The translations under genes and the position numbers were made by a program. Of a DNA stretch of 64,000 nucleotides, positions 26,578 through 39,963 are shown piece by piece. The notes under the pieces were generated by a model. It had not been told where the DNA came from and did no database searches. It saw only the letters and a list, made by a program, of their open reading frames with translations. The stretch spans positions 63,116,001 through 63,180,000 of the forward strand of contig NC_043001.1 of assembly GCF_006345805.1 (NCBI RefSeq), written 5' to 3'. Source of the stretch: Octopus sinensis. Taxonomy: Eukaryota. The stretch's first letter is position 1; every line of letters starts with the position of its first letter.

Positions 26578-28480
26578 TACCCACTGTACAGAAGAAGGCA
26601 CCCTGACAATGGTGGATGCACTATAACGTTACGGGGTCATCAAGTGGGTAGTGCCGTACTGTCCATTTCTGATGAAATTTTTAACGCTCACATAGACTTG
26701 ACTGTCAAGTATATATGTAAATATGTTAACAAGGGTTCTGACGCTGCCATGTTTGTACCTCCAAACCAACATGAGTGTTTTCACCTGCGCCTTCTCCTCC
26801 ATGAGGTTTTAGGCCCACAAAGTTTTCATGACATCAGAACTGTTGATGGTGTATTATGTGATACTTTCCGCGAAGCCTGTTTCCGGCGTCGACTTTTGGA
26901 GGATGATTCACAATGGGGCGTCACTATGGCGGAGGGTGTTTCATTAAAATCTGCTAAAAAAATCTGATCGCTTTTCGCTATTCTATTACTATGGTGTGAC
27001 TTGGCTAATCCTGCCTCTTTATGGCTTACCTACAAAGATGATATGTCTGAAGATTTCCTGCCTCACGCTCAATCGCTACATCCATCAATGGAGGTCGGGT
27101 ACACTGACCTCATTTACAACAGGGCGCTGCTTGAAATCGAAGATACTGTACTCGATATGGGCGGTAGTGCCTTGCCGATCTATGGCCTACCTTCAACAAA
27201 CCGGGAAGGCACAAACACTCTGTCTTCACATTTGCTGCGTGAGACATGTTTTAATGTTGACGAGCTTGCCGAGTACATAGCCGACAGAAGTTCGCTTACA
27301 ACTCCCTTGTTAATTCAGTCCGGGCCAAAGCTGGGGAGATTTTTTCCTGGACGCTCCTGGGGGCACTGGGAAAACTTTTGTCAACAAATTAATATTGGCT
27401 GAGATTAGGCGAACACAAGGCATTGCCCTAGCTGTGGCATCATCTGGAATTGCGGCTACTTTGTTGCCAGGCGGCAGGACAGCTCACTCTACTTTCAAGC
27501 TCCCACTTGACTTAGCGAAGACTGAGACACCAACTTGCAACATCAGTAACAGCTCCAATCAGGCAGAAGTCTTTAGACGATGCAAGCTTATCGTTTGGGA
27601 TGAATGCACGATGGCCCACTCTTCAGCTCCCATGGGAGGCATAACACTTCTTCTTTCAGGGGACTTCCGAGAAACACTTCCAGTTATTCCCAAAGGGACT
27701 AGAGCTGATGCAGTAAGTGCATGTCTTAAGTCATCCACATTGTGGCCACTGGTGAAGACTCTCAAACTTCACACCAATATGCGTGCTCATATGCGACGTG
27801 ATATCACATCAGCAGCATTTTCTCACACCCTCCTTGCACTTGGCGAAGGCAAAATACCAGGGGATGAAAATGGTAATATTGCCATCAATTCCATTTGTAC
27901 CATTGTTAACACGCCTTCTGATCTCAGAGATGCAGTATTCCCAGATCTACAAGCTAATTATCAGAATATGGATTGGATTGGCCAAAGGGCTATTCTGGCC
28001 CCGAGGAATAAAACTTTACCATATTAATGATGAAATGCTAAAACTCATTCCTGGGGATGTCTATGTATATAATAAGTCTATCGATACAACTCCTGACCCA
28101 GAGGACGTCATCAATTATCCAATAGAGGTACTCAATTCCTTTGAAGTCCTTATCTCCCAATCTGATTGAGGCCACCATTATCACAGGGTGCGGTCAAGGC
28201 AACGTTGTGCTCATACCTAGGATGCATCTTTTCCCATCAGGAGCAGACTTACCTTTCATATTTCGGAGGTCCCAGTTCCCAGTAAGGCCATGTCAATTAA
28301 CAAAGCGCAATTAAACTGTCTGTGGCGGGAATACATTTGGGAGAGCCATGTTTCTCTCATGGTCAGTTTTATGTTGGCTGCTCGCGTGTCGGCAGCAACA
28401 GTGATGCTTTCGCATTCGTTCCACAACGAAAAACAAAAAACATTGTGTACAAGGTTTTATAGGATTACTACGTTTCATCA
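26578..28480 (+). mobile_element. Helitron 3' half: end of Rep plus Pif1-family helicase, frameshifted
   Basis: YPLYRRR..WVVPYCP, DAPGGTGKTF Walker A (~27350), AVASSGIAATLLPGGRTAHSTFKLP, LIVWDEC, GDFRETLP, ILAPRN. Confidence 0.92.
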
Positions 28481-30887
28481 TTTTCGAACACGTTAGTATT
28501 TCACTTACATACGACTCTCTTTTATGATGGCATTTACGTTTCTAGGCGTTTCATGACATTAATTCACACTTAACCAACACCTGTCCTTCGCTCACCTCTA
28601 TTTCTATCCATTCATCATCAAACCACCAGCCTCATCTTCTATATCCAACGTACATGACACATCTACCCCCTACATCTACACTCTCACTGTTAAAGTTTAC
28701 ATAAGCTAAAACATGATCGCAACATACACTTTGGAAACTAAGCAACAGATCATTTTATACAACAAATTTAATCAAAACGCCCATCAATGAAAACATCTCC
28801 ACCACTGTATTGTGATTCATCTAATCAGCACCACTAGTCTTGCCGGTCTGACATATGGTGAGTAGATGCTATTGTTCTATATTTTATAAACGACCCATAT
28901 TTACTTACCCATGCTTCATTCCTCTCTTGCCTACATAGGAAATCCACTCTCTTTTAACACAGCATGAAGTTTTGTAACAGCACATCCGCTGCCGTTCGTG
29001 CAAAACGAAGAGACCCTATTCACCTGCGAACGTTTTACATCGCCTTCCACGACTATCAAATTCTTACAATTATGAGAACAATAACCTGGCTCTTTTCAAG
29101 GCAACCTCGCATTCAATTCTTACACCATTCTACGAGGGGGTAGGAACCCCTTTACATGGCTTTCTATACACTTACAAATACATTCATAAATTGTCACTCA
29201 TTCTTTAGAATATAATATAGATGTCTTTCACTATTGAATTAATAGAGGTTATTTCTCTTAATTATATACATAAACATATATATATATAAAAAATAGCATA
29301 TAATTCTTGCAGATAAGAACAAAGCTTCTAAATTGGATGGAGAAATTCAAAGGATTGCTTTGGTACAATATTAGATCTGTTATATTTATTGAAATGTGGG
29401 TTTGAGTCCCTTGAGCAGAGTTCAACTTTTCCATCTAAGGGATTTTAATTGTTAGCTTTATCTCACATCTCTAGAATTTTCTAAATTTCTCTCTCTCTCT
29501 ATATATATTTTTTTTACTATTTTTACAAATAGTAGTTAGATTGCAGCTCCCCATGTTAATACTTTCTCACTGTAACCCTTTCCCTCTGTTACACCCTCAC
29601 TCTTGAGCCACATCCTCACTAACACCTTTTTTTTTTGAACAATCTGTTTATATGTGTAACATATTATGTAGCTATACACAGACTATAGAAATACATCTTG
29701 TTATTCTGTTTACATACAGAAAAATAAAAGATTGTCTTGCCTAGTTTCATAAATTGTCACTCATTCTTTAGAATACCTCTCGTTCTCACCTTTTACACTG
29801 ATACTCTTAATGTAACCCCGCTCACATTGTAACCACTTTACTATGACAACCTCAAACTGTAAACCCTTCGTATCGATATCCTCATACTGTAAACTCCTCT
29901 CTGTAACATCCTCACACTTTAAGCTCCTCATGCTAATACTTTCTCACTGTAACCCTTTTCCTGTTACACCCTCACTCTTGAGCCACATCTTCACTATCAC
30001 ACTTTTGTTACATGTATCATTTAACCTTCTCAATATTTCTGTTAAAAACTATTTAATTCTGGTTGGTTATATAAGAACATTAAGGAATAAGAAAGAGAGA
30101 GAGAAAGGTGGGAAGCGAAAGAAAGAGGAAGTGTATAAGTATCTCTCAGTTAAAAATACATGGGATGTAGTAGATTCTATGTAGTGCAAATGTGTGTATA
30201 AATAGTTATCATATAGGATGGAAGTAGCAGAGGGAGGAAACATGGCAGTGACTTCTTAGCAAATAAAATCTATGGTCTAATTATATTTCTTTCTTTGTTG
30301 TAGCAATTCTGTTAAGCGCAGTAACATAACAATTCCACATTTCATACACACATGTATATATATATATACTTCATTATACATGCTGAATATCTGAGGTGTG
30401 TGTGTTTGTGAATCTCATTCATTTCCAAAATTCTGCAAAAACCTGCCTAACTATGGGGAAATATTACATTGTTTACAAATAAGTAAGGTTGGTAATAGAA
30501 ATGGCATCCAACCATAGAAAATCTGCTTCATTAAATTTCATCTGACCATTCAAAGATGGAGAAATAGATGCTAGAATGATGATGCAGATGCTGATAAATA
30601 TTATATAAGGCACTGGTTATATTTAGTGTGAAGTTAATTATCTCCCCTGTGTTTCTGTCTTTTGCTAAATGGGTGTGCTCATTCTAACAATTGCATTGAA
30701 TGCAGTTACTAAACCCATTTGTTGTTTTTAACTAGCTTGATAAATAGCAAATTAAATTAATATTTTGGCCAGGAAACCCTAGGCAGTTGTATTTCACAGA
30801 GCTTTTATTATAATAGTATCTTTACACTCCTAATTGATTGTGTGCTATACTACTCATTGAAATTCTTACCATATTTACATATACATA

Positions 30888-31410
30888 TGGCGTTAGGAAG
30901 GGCATCCAGCTGCAGAAACACTGCCAGATCTGACTGGCCTGGTGCAGCCTTCGGGCTCCCCAGACCCCAGTTGAACCGTCCAACCCATGCTAGCATGGAA
31001 AGCGGACGTTAAACGACGATGATGATGATGATGATGACATACACACACACACACTTATATGGTCATATGGTTAAAAAGTTTGCTTTCTAACCACATGGTT
31101 TCAGGTTCAGTACCACTGCATGGCACTTGGGCAAGTGCCTTCTACTATAGCCCTGCAGAAACCAATGTTTTGTGAGTAATTTTGGTAGACAGAAAATAAA
31201 GGAAGCTTGTTGTATATATGTGTGTATGTGAGTGTATCCATATGTCTTCTTGTATGACATCATGTGATAGTTGTAAATAAGTGTCACTGTCATATAAACA
31301 GCATCATTCATTTCCAATATTCTGCAAGAACAAGCCTGGCCATGGGAAAATATTAGTACTTGACACAGGTGAAGGCTGATGATGAAAAAGCATTTCTCTA
31401 TAGAAAATGT
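30888..31410 (+). mobile_element. RTE tail ((GAT)n) followed by a tRNA-derived SINE
   Basis: 30888-31040 matches the RTE tail; 31068-31410 has GGTTCAGTACCACTGC..TTGGGCAAGTG head like 6253-6671. Confidence 0.7.
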
Positions 31411-31599
31411 TTCAACAAATTCTGTCTGACACATGTAAAAGTGAATGTAAAAAGTGAGATAATAATCTTGATGGTGGTTATGCTATACATATAACACACA
31501 CAGAAAATGGAATCTGGTGATGATGATATAGGTGCAGTTTTCTCCCTTGACAGCAAGTTTAGAACAAACTTGCTTATTGGCGCTAGAGCATGAGATTCT

Positions 31600-33250
31600 G
31601 ACACTAGGCCTTACGACTTTCTCTTTTCTTGCCAAGCCATCAAACCATAAAGACGTGATCTAGTCGCTCTGACACCACACACCAGCTAGCAGACAGGAGG
31701 CAACGCACAGGGGATCACGGCCTCCCTGCATCGACCATTCCCATTTGTCATTCGGCTTCTATATATACGTGCGGCCGGCATTAAAGACATTTGAAGTTAC
31801 AGCTTGTTTCATATATATTCTTTATACCATGTTCCTGTCAAATGATATTACAGCCTTCAGAAGAGAGTCATGTTTAGATGGTGTTGGTATTATGGTTGTG
31901 GATCCATCTAAAATGGTGACCCAACGTGGAACACAGACATCTAAAATGGTGACCTGATGCAGCAGACAGCACTTCCTTCTAAAATGATGAACCCCGGACA
32001 AATTCTGACCAGTGAATACGTATTCCTTTTTGTCCTTTGTGACTTTGTCTACGCAACCAGATTGCCACTCATTTCATAGGAACATACTACTGATGTCTCT
32101 TGTCACCATATTGTCTTCTTCACCAGAAAATTTTGGTGCCATTTTCAAGTGGGAAAGTGAAAATCATTTTTCCTTGTGTTGTAACTGAATTTACAACTTG
32201 GTCCTTTGGAGACACAGCATCCCAGGAGAATATTTTTCTTGCATGTAAAAAGGAAAAAAAAATTATCTGGAATATTCTCCAGAGTTCACATGGATGACAA
32301 ATTTTTCCTACATGCCAGGTATGAGTTTCTTTCTCTCAACCATCCAGATTATCCATGTGTTGGCCATGTTTTGTTCTTTATCCGTTAGCAAGGACTTCTA
32401 TTTTCATCCGCTGCTACTGCCAAAAAAAAAAGTCTGATGCTGACGGCATTTATTTCAACCAGTTTGTTCTTCATGGCATTCCATTTTCCTATTATTGTGT
32501 AACATGTCCTCAGTGTGCTTCCTTGTCCTCCTCTCAGGCTCATTCTTCTTCAGACAACACTCAATCCTCTGAAATCTTGCGGGCCATTGGAGAGCTGACC
32601 CGTCAAGACATGCACATGTGCAGGATTTTTTGTCTGCTCTGCACGGCTGTTAAGATTTATTTTCTAAAATTGACTTGGTACATATGTACCATAAAATCCC
32701 TGTCAACCTCAACGACATTCGAAAGACAGCTGTCATCATGCCTTTTGGAGCGTTTGAATTCTTGTCTCTGCCATTTGGACTTAGTAATGCAGCCAGCACA
32801 TTCCAAAGGTTCATTGATGAGGTCGTTGATAGGTCTTCGCATACATCGATAACCTTCTAATCGCCAGTGGTACTCCAGACCAGCACCACCAACACTTAAC
32901 CCAACTGTTCAAGCGCCTACATTCCTATGATGTAAAGATTGGCCTGGAAAAGTGTGAATTCAATTCTACCAGTTTGGAATTGACGCCGATGGTATTCGTC
33001 CACTTCCCTCTAAAACAGAAGCCATCAAATGCTTGCCTCCTCCAGTTTCCTTAAAACAGCTCAGAAATTTTATTGGTTTAATTAATTATTATCATCGTTT
33101 CATTCCTAACTGCATGGAAAAGTTGCTTCCTTTGGCCCAGCTCTTGAAAGATCAACAGAAAAAAAAGACTGATAACGCTGTCTACTACAGCCATCCAAGC
33201 TTTTGAATCTGCCAAAGCTGACCTTGCTCAAGCATCCTTCTTCACTCATC
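31600..33250 (+). mobile_element. Decayed, internally deleted Gypsy element related to 19439-25297
   Basis: TGGTGACCCAACGTGG PBS at 31914; KTAVIMPFGAFEFLSLPFGLSNAASTFQRFIDEV RT motif at 32675-32860; 5' boundary approximate. Confidence 0.75.
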
Positions 33251-35984
33251 CTAAGCAGAAATAATCTGAAATTAATTTGAAAAATAGAAGTAGTTTGAAA
33301 TTAGACTGAAAATTCAGAAGACTAAGATGCGTTGGTGTCTCCTCATGTCTGTACAAGAAATATTTTGCATTGAATGTGAACAATAGTGCTTATTATGTAT
33401 ATTTGTAGCTTTTGCGTGGTTTGTGTCAAATATCTTGTAAAGGCACAGCTTTTACATAAATTAAACCTACTATCCCTTGAAAACCTTTAGAAAATGTATA
33501 TAACCTGTTTGTAAAATCATGTACCCATGTGTAAGTATGCAATATGTTGGTAGTTTTGAATACAAGTACATGTTCAACATTTGTAAAATTAAGTAGACCA
33601 CTTGGTGTAGAAAATAACAATGTAGAATAATGAGCAAATTGTTGACTACAACATATAGTACGTATCAAAAGTAATCAAATATGTACAAAATTTGGGGAAT
33701 GATTTTAATTTTCTTATTTTCCTGTTACTTGGTACATTTATTTACATCCTCATACTCTCATTAGCAAAATTCATCATGTACATTTTTCAATAATAGCTCC
33801 AATTGGTAAAATCAAGTATTCATACATACAAACTAAAATGTAGTTATAAAGTTTAGCAGAACACCCTCTGTCATTATTGACAGTTCAGGTACTCTAGTAA
33901 GAAGATCACACCACCAGACAGGTTTTATAGGACTTGAGAAATGTTGCTGATTTAAGTTTTCTTTTTCTGAAACAGAAATAATTGAAAGCATGAATTTAAA
34001 GCAAATGGTTCAGGTATAAACATGTCAAGCTAAGTAAAATCACTGTCATCCATACAAACAGGCTTGTCCTTTATAGGTGCACATGCTACATACAATACAC
34101 TCATGCTGGTGTTGTGTAAACTCACCCATGTTAGTGGCACATAAAAGCACCCAGCACACTCTGTAAAGTGGTTGGCATTAGGAAAGGCATCCAGTCATAG
34201 AAACCATGCCACAACAGACAATTGGAGTCTGGCCAGCTCCTGTCAAACCATCCAACCCATGCCAACATGGAAAATGTATGTTAAATGATGATGACGATAA
34301 CGTGTGTGTGTGTGTGTCATTTAATGTACACAGTATTAAAATATTGATAGTTTCTTACCATGGAGACACCATAATTAGACAGATTTATATAATGTACATT
34401 GTGTCTCCAAGCAATCTTCAGGTTCAAGGCACATGATTAGTTCTATTTGAAAACCAAGATGCTGGTACATGAGAAACCATAAGAAAAAGACAAAATAAAA
34501 ACAAGAAAGTTGATGCAAAAATGGAATAAGACAAAGGGTGAATAAAAAAGGAAACAGAAAGAAAAGTAAGAGTTACATCCCCTTTCACTGCAGAAATTCA
34601 TTCAGAGAGGTCAACAAAAGAAATTTGTCCATGTGCTTGCATTTGCTGAAAATTTTGAATCTGGAATTAAGTTGTGTGGTGGAATTCTAGAAGCATTGTG
34701 TCTCACCCACATATAACAATAAAATTTTCACGCAACAAACCAAACTACATCTTTTCTTTTCCTCACATTCCCTCTTCATACATTATGATTATCTCCCACT
34801 CCCCATTCGTCCTCACTGCCTTGCTCACTGTATTGCTGCTTCCCCAACTCATACCCAGGTTCTCACCAGTCACTGCATTCCCAACCCACCACTCAAACCT
34901 TCTTGGCAATATCCTGCCATGTACATTATGACCCCACATACTTTGAGGGTATGTCCTGGCACTTGCCACCACTTATCTCTCTCTCTCTTCCTTACTCTAC
35001 CATCCCATCTATGCTCTGATCCTCATTCCTTGTGAATTTACCCTGGCACTTCACCATCTCTCCCCTGCTCTCTCTTGCACTCTTGCTGTCTCTTTTTCTT
35101 TCCCTTGCTCTTCCCTCAGGCTAGGTAACCATCTTTCTCCTCTGCAACAGCACATCTATTTCTGCCTTCATTCTTGATCATTCTCTCTCTCTCTCCTTCC
35201 CTTGCTCTTCCCTCTAGCTAGGTAACCAAGTATCTCCTTTAAAGCAGGACATCTGTTTCTGACCTTTTTCTTGTTAACTCTTTCTTTCTTTCTCTCTCTC
35301 TGCTGGGTAACCATGTACCTCCCCTACAACAAGACAACTGCTTCTGTCTCTCTGTCATACACAAACCTTTCATCATCTGACAAAAGATTATGTCCTCCAA
35401 TGAACCCTCTTCTGTCAAAGATTCCTTGTCTTAAAAGCTACTAGGTGACCCCACCAGTGCTGGTGCCATGTAAAAAGCATCCAGTCCACATTGTAAAATG
35501 ATTGGCATTTGGAAGGGCATCCAGCTGTAAAAACCATGCCAAATGGTCCTCACCTGTGCTGGTGTCACATAAAAAGCACTCAGTCTACTCTGTGAGGTGA
35601 TTGGTGTTAGGAAGGGCATCCAGCTGTAAAAACCCTGCCAAAACAGAAACAGAAGTCTGGTGCAGTCTTCTACCTAGCCAGCTCCTGTCAAACTGTCTAA
35701 CCCATGCCAGCATGGAAGGCAGACATTAAACAATGACGACGATGATGATCTTTCAGCTATGCATAAGTTGCATCTCTCTGATCCCTTTTCTCCACAATTC
35801 CCCACTTAATTGTAGGGAATTGGTTGGTTTTTCTAGCCAACTTAGTGGCTTTATTTTTGTCAATGTATTGGAAAGAAGACTGGTGGTCTGTATGTCTTTT
35901 AAAATTGCCTTCACATAAACCAATGTAATTTTTCTTTTCAATTGTTATCTTAAAGCACTGCTGTGACTTTGGTCTCACAGATTA

Positions 35985-36690
35985 CTGAGATTGACAGTTC
36001 TATCAGACATATGCAATCACATTTAGATTACTTCAGACATAGAAGTGTGATCGCATACAAAATGATAATTCTGTCAAAGATATAGCTCTGTGTTGATTGA
36101 CAGTTCAACCAGATATAGTGATTACATAGAACTGTGATGATATGAAGATTGACAATTCTATCAAGGCATACATAAATGTGATCACATGCAAATTGGCAGA
36201 TCAACCAGGCATTAAGAATTGCGTTCACTTATAGATAGACTGTTCTATCAGACATATGGTACAGTGCTGATGAAAATTAACAGTTATATTAGACATACAG
36301 AACTGTGATCACTAGTAGAACTGTGATCATGTGTGGATTCATAACACTATCAAACTCATTTAATTGTGATTACATGCAGATTGACAGTCTTGACAAACAT
36401 ATAGAACTGTTATCACATGTAAATCGATTAATGTATCAGATATATAGACCCATTATCACATGTTGATTGACAGTTCTACCAGACATGCAAAACTATGATA
36501 TGAAGATTGACAGTTCTATTAGATATCACACATTTAATATTCTAATATGACAAGTGACACTTGCATCAAACATAAAATTGTGATGATGTCTAGATAGATA
36601 GTTCTATCAGATATACGGTACTCTGCTGATATGAAAATTGCCAGTTATATCAAAGAACTGTGACCACATGTAGACTGACAGTACTATTAA
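35985..36690. repeat. Degenerate ~40-bp minisatellite with a self-complementary monomer
   Basis: Recurrent GATTGACAGTTCTATCAGACAT and ATAGAACTGTGATCACATG pieces. Confidence 0.75.
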
Positions 36691-36832
36691 ACTAAATACA
36701 CTCAAGTCAGTTCTTAGCTGATTGACTTTCGAAAGTGAATATACATTTTAGTCAATGGTTAAACAGATTCAATACTTTACAAGCATGTGCGTGCACTCAC
36801 ACACAAAATAAAATGTAAGAAAAGTTGTTTAC

Positions 36833-36882
36833 TTGAATTTTTTTCACTTTTGCTTTCAAAGCTTCAACATTGACATCTGAAC
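36833..36882 (-). CDS. KRR1: KRR1 exon: (S)SDVNVEALKAKVKKIQ
   Basis: TTTCACAG acceptor; phase 1 matches the previous exon; similar to human KIDVASIKEKVKKAK; GTAAAC donor (could instead read through to a stop). Confidence 0.75.
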
Positions 36883-37244
36883 CTGTGAAAGAGTATTGTT
36901 GTTATTATTGTTGTAGTACATAAGCAGCACAGCTATTCAGCTCATGTCTCATATTATTATTATTATAAATTATTATGATTCTTATTACTTGTGTAGTGGA
37001 ATAGTAAGTGGTAATTATCATAAACTGTTGGAAAAAATGTGGAATTGATAAAATAAATATCGGTTATATACCAGGTCAAATGAATCAGTCATATCTCTTA
37101 CTTTAAATTTGGGGCTTTGTTTTAATGTATGAAATTATTACTATTGGCATCAGGAAGGGCATCTGGCTGTAGAAAACTCTTCCCCAACATTCTCTTGACA
37201 GACCCATGCAAGCATAGGAAAGTAGACGTGATGATGATGATGAC

Positions 37245-37430
37245 ATAGATTACATTCACTTCAACATTTAAATTTAATTTGTCAAAATATTTTCGTCGCT
37301 TTGAGACCGCGACCTGTTCATTGACAAAATTCTGTGCTGCATCTCGGAATTTTGTCAGTGAACAGGTCGCAGTCTCAAAGCAACGAAAATATTTTGACAA
37401 ATTAAATTTAAATGTTGAAGTGAATCTAAT
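37245..37430. mobile_element. Palindromic MITE-like element (~170-bp hairpin)
   Basis: ATTCACTTCAACATTTAAATTT... arm mirrored by ...AAATTTAAATGTTGAAGTGAAT; ~80-bp arms, about four mismatches. Confidence 0.85.
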
Positions 37431-37794
37431 GGTTTTTGCGTGTTTCTTAAATGGCTTATAAACACCTTCCAGAATACAGTGATCTGTCTGTCATTCACAG
37501 CCAGCCCTTACAGTGGATATAGACCTGGCTCCTTCCTTTCCACAGGCTAATTAAAGTTGAACAAAACCTATTAGTTGTGCAACCCCACCTCTCTCATCAC
37601 TAATCTGGTCTGACTCAATCTAGATGACTTTCTTCCAGCTCTCATCACTTTCCAAAGTTTCAGGATTAATTAATTTGTGCTCCAGCTTTCAACATTTTGC
37701 TAAAATTTTGTCATCTATCTTGTAAACATAATTACTAACAACAAATAATTAGAAAAGAAACAGTAATTTAGTTTAAAGAATATCTTATACTCAC

Positions 37795-37894
37795 TACTAT
37801 TGACCTTACTGGATCTTTGAGTCACTTCTTTTGGAACTAAATAAGCTTGCTTCCTCTTCTCCTTTTGTTTCAAGATAGATTTTTGTGTTTTAGC
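37795..37894 (-). CDS. KRR1: KRR1 exon: AKTQKSILKQKEKRKQAYLVPKEVTQRSSKVNS
   Basis: CTTCAG acceptor, GTGAGT donor; aligns to human [23 protein letters not shown]. Confidence 0.85.
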
Positions 37895-38879
37895 CTGAAG
37901 AAGAAATAAATGTTTAAAATTTTCACCTTTATACCAGAAAATGAAGTTGCTTCTCCCTGTCCATCGTTGTATTTTATAAATATTTCCTATAAAGCTAACA
38001 TAGAAACACCAAACTGCCTTACATCAAATCTTTCACTAATAAAACATTAAAATCTGACCAGAATATCTAAAACTGTAAATCTATAGCCATCACTCAGAAT
38101 TGAAGCTGAATTAGTAATATGTTTGATGTTCTTGTGAATTGTTCTAGGTGTTTACATAACCCTAACCCTGACTCAGTGGTACATCCAGAATGTAACAGCT
38201 GGAGGGTAAGAGCTATACCAATAGTTTGCTAGTCTTCGTTTTTAGCTTAGGAGACTCGAAAATGTGAAATAAAGTACCTTACTCAAGGACACAACACACT
38301 GCCTAGGCTAAATTGAACCTATGATATTATGATTGTCAGCCAACACCCTAACCACTAAGCCACCTGCTCTCACTGTCAAACTATAGTTAACATATAAAAG
38401 ATTTAAGAATTAGGATATGTTATCAAATTACTTTCCTACCTTGGAATGTAGTCAAGTTTGTATAACCATCTTGTTTAATTAAAATTTGTATAATTACCTA
38501 GTTTAATTAAAGTTGGTTTGATTAACTCAAATCATATAAAATATTAGTAAAATAAAAACAGAAAGTATTAAACCCTTTTCAGATTTATGATGTAAAACAT
38601 GTTTTCAGAAATGAAAAGAATATAAAATAGTATTCAAGATATTAAACAAAAGATAATTTATTAATAAAAACACAAAATATTGAAATATTGTCAGAACAGG
38701 TTTGGCTGTGTGGTAAGAAGTTTGCTTCCCAACCATGTGGTTTTCAAATTCAGTCTTGAGTAAATATGTCTTGCTATAGCCCTGGGTTGACCAAAGTCTT
38801 ATGAATAGACTTGCCAGATTAAAACTGAAAGAAGACAAGTGCATGCGCATGCGTGCACACACACATACACATGTATATA

Positions 38880-39963
38880 CAAGGGTAGGCTGATAAGTTC
38901 ATAGGCTGACTATGAAGGAGTGATACTAGAATTGTGAAATCCTGCATGCATTAATTTCAACTCTTCTTATGAATAACTACATTGTTTCTTTCCAGCTAAA
39001 CTGACATCTGACTGTTCAAAGAACACTTAAAAAGTAACTAGTAGTGACTTCTCTTGAAAATGGACAAAATTGGGCTCCATGGTGTTAAGTACCTGCAGAG
39101 AAATAGTTGTTACATTAAGGGATGATGCTCCAGCTTTATCAACAGTGCAAAAGTGGGCAGCTGGATTTAGGAGGGGAAGGGAGGGTCTTGAAGATGACCC
39201 AAGGTCTGGATGTTCTGCAACTGCTACCACCAAGGAAAACATTGATCATGTTCACAACATAGTGACTGACTATAAATAAAATAACCAATGCTATTAGCAT
39301 ATCTTGTAAGAGGGTTGAGAATATGAAGGTTTCTGCCTGGTGGCTGCCAAATCCTCTGACACCTGATCAAAAGCACACCAGACTAATCAATTCCAAGAAA
39401 AATCTCATGATTGTTTGAGGCAGATCCAGCTGGTTTCCTTGAATGTTTCCTAACACAGGATGAATGTTGGGTTCGTCTCTTTGAGACAGAGACAAAGAGA
39501 TAATCTATGCAGTGGAAACACCACTCCTCACCTGCTACAAAGAAGGCCAAGGTCGTTTCATCTGCAGGGAAGGTGATGGCCTCTGCATTTTGGGATGCAA
39601 AAGGCATTGTGTTCATTGACTATCTTCAAAAGAATCACACCATCATTGGAAAGTACAATGCCAACTTGCTGAGGCAGTTAAAAAAAGGCTATCAAGACCA
39701 AAAGTCCAGGAAAACTGTTTCATCAGGACAATGTTCCAGCACAAAAGATCTTGGTCTTAATGGCTTCTGCACATGACTGTGGATTGGAACTGATGTGCAT
39801 GTCTTTTTTGACCAGCAGGATGAAAGCTTTGTCACCAAGAACTGCAACACTAACGCAAGAAGTGCATGGACTGCAAGAGGGATTATGTTGAAAAATAAAC
39901 ATCATTCAGTCACATTCCATGAGAGTATCTTTGTCAGTCTATAAACTTTTTAGCCAACCCTTG
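38880..39963 (+). mobile_element. Degenerate mariner with both TIRs
   Basis: TA|CAAGGGTAGGCTGATAAGTTCATAGGCTGAC and inverted GTCAGTCTATAAACTTTTTAGCCAACCCTTG; KVMASAFWDAKGIVFIDYLQK. Confidence 0.85.
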
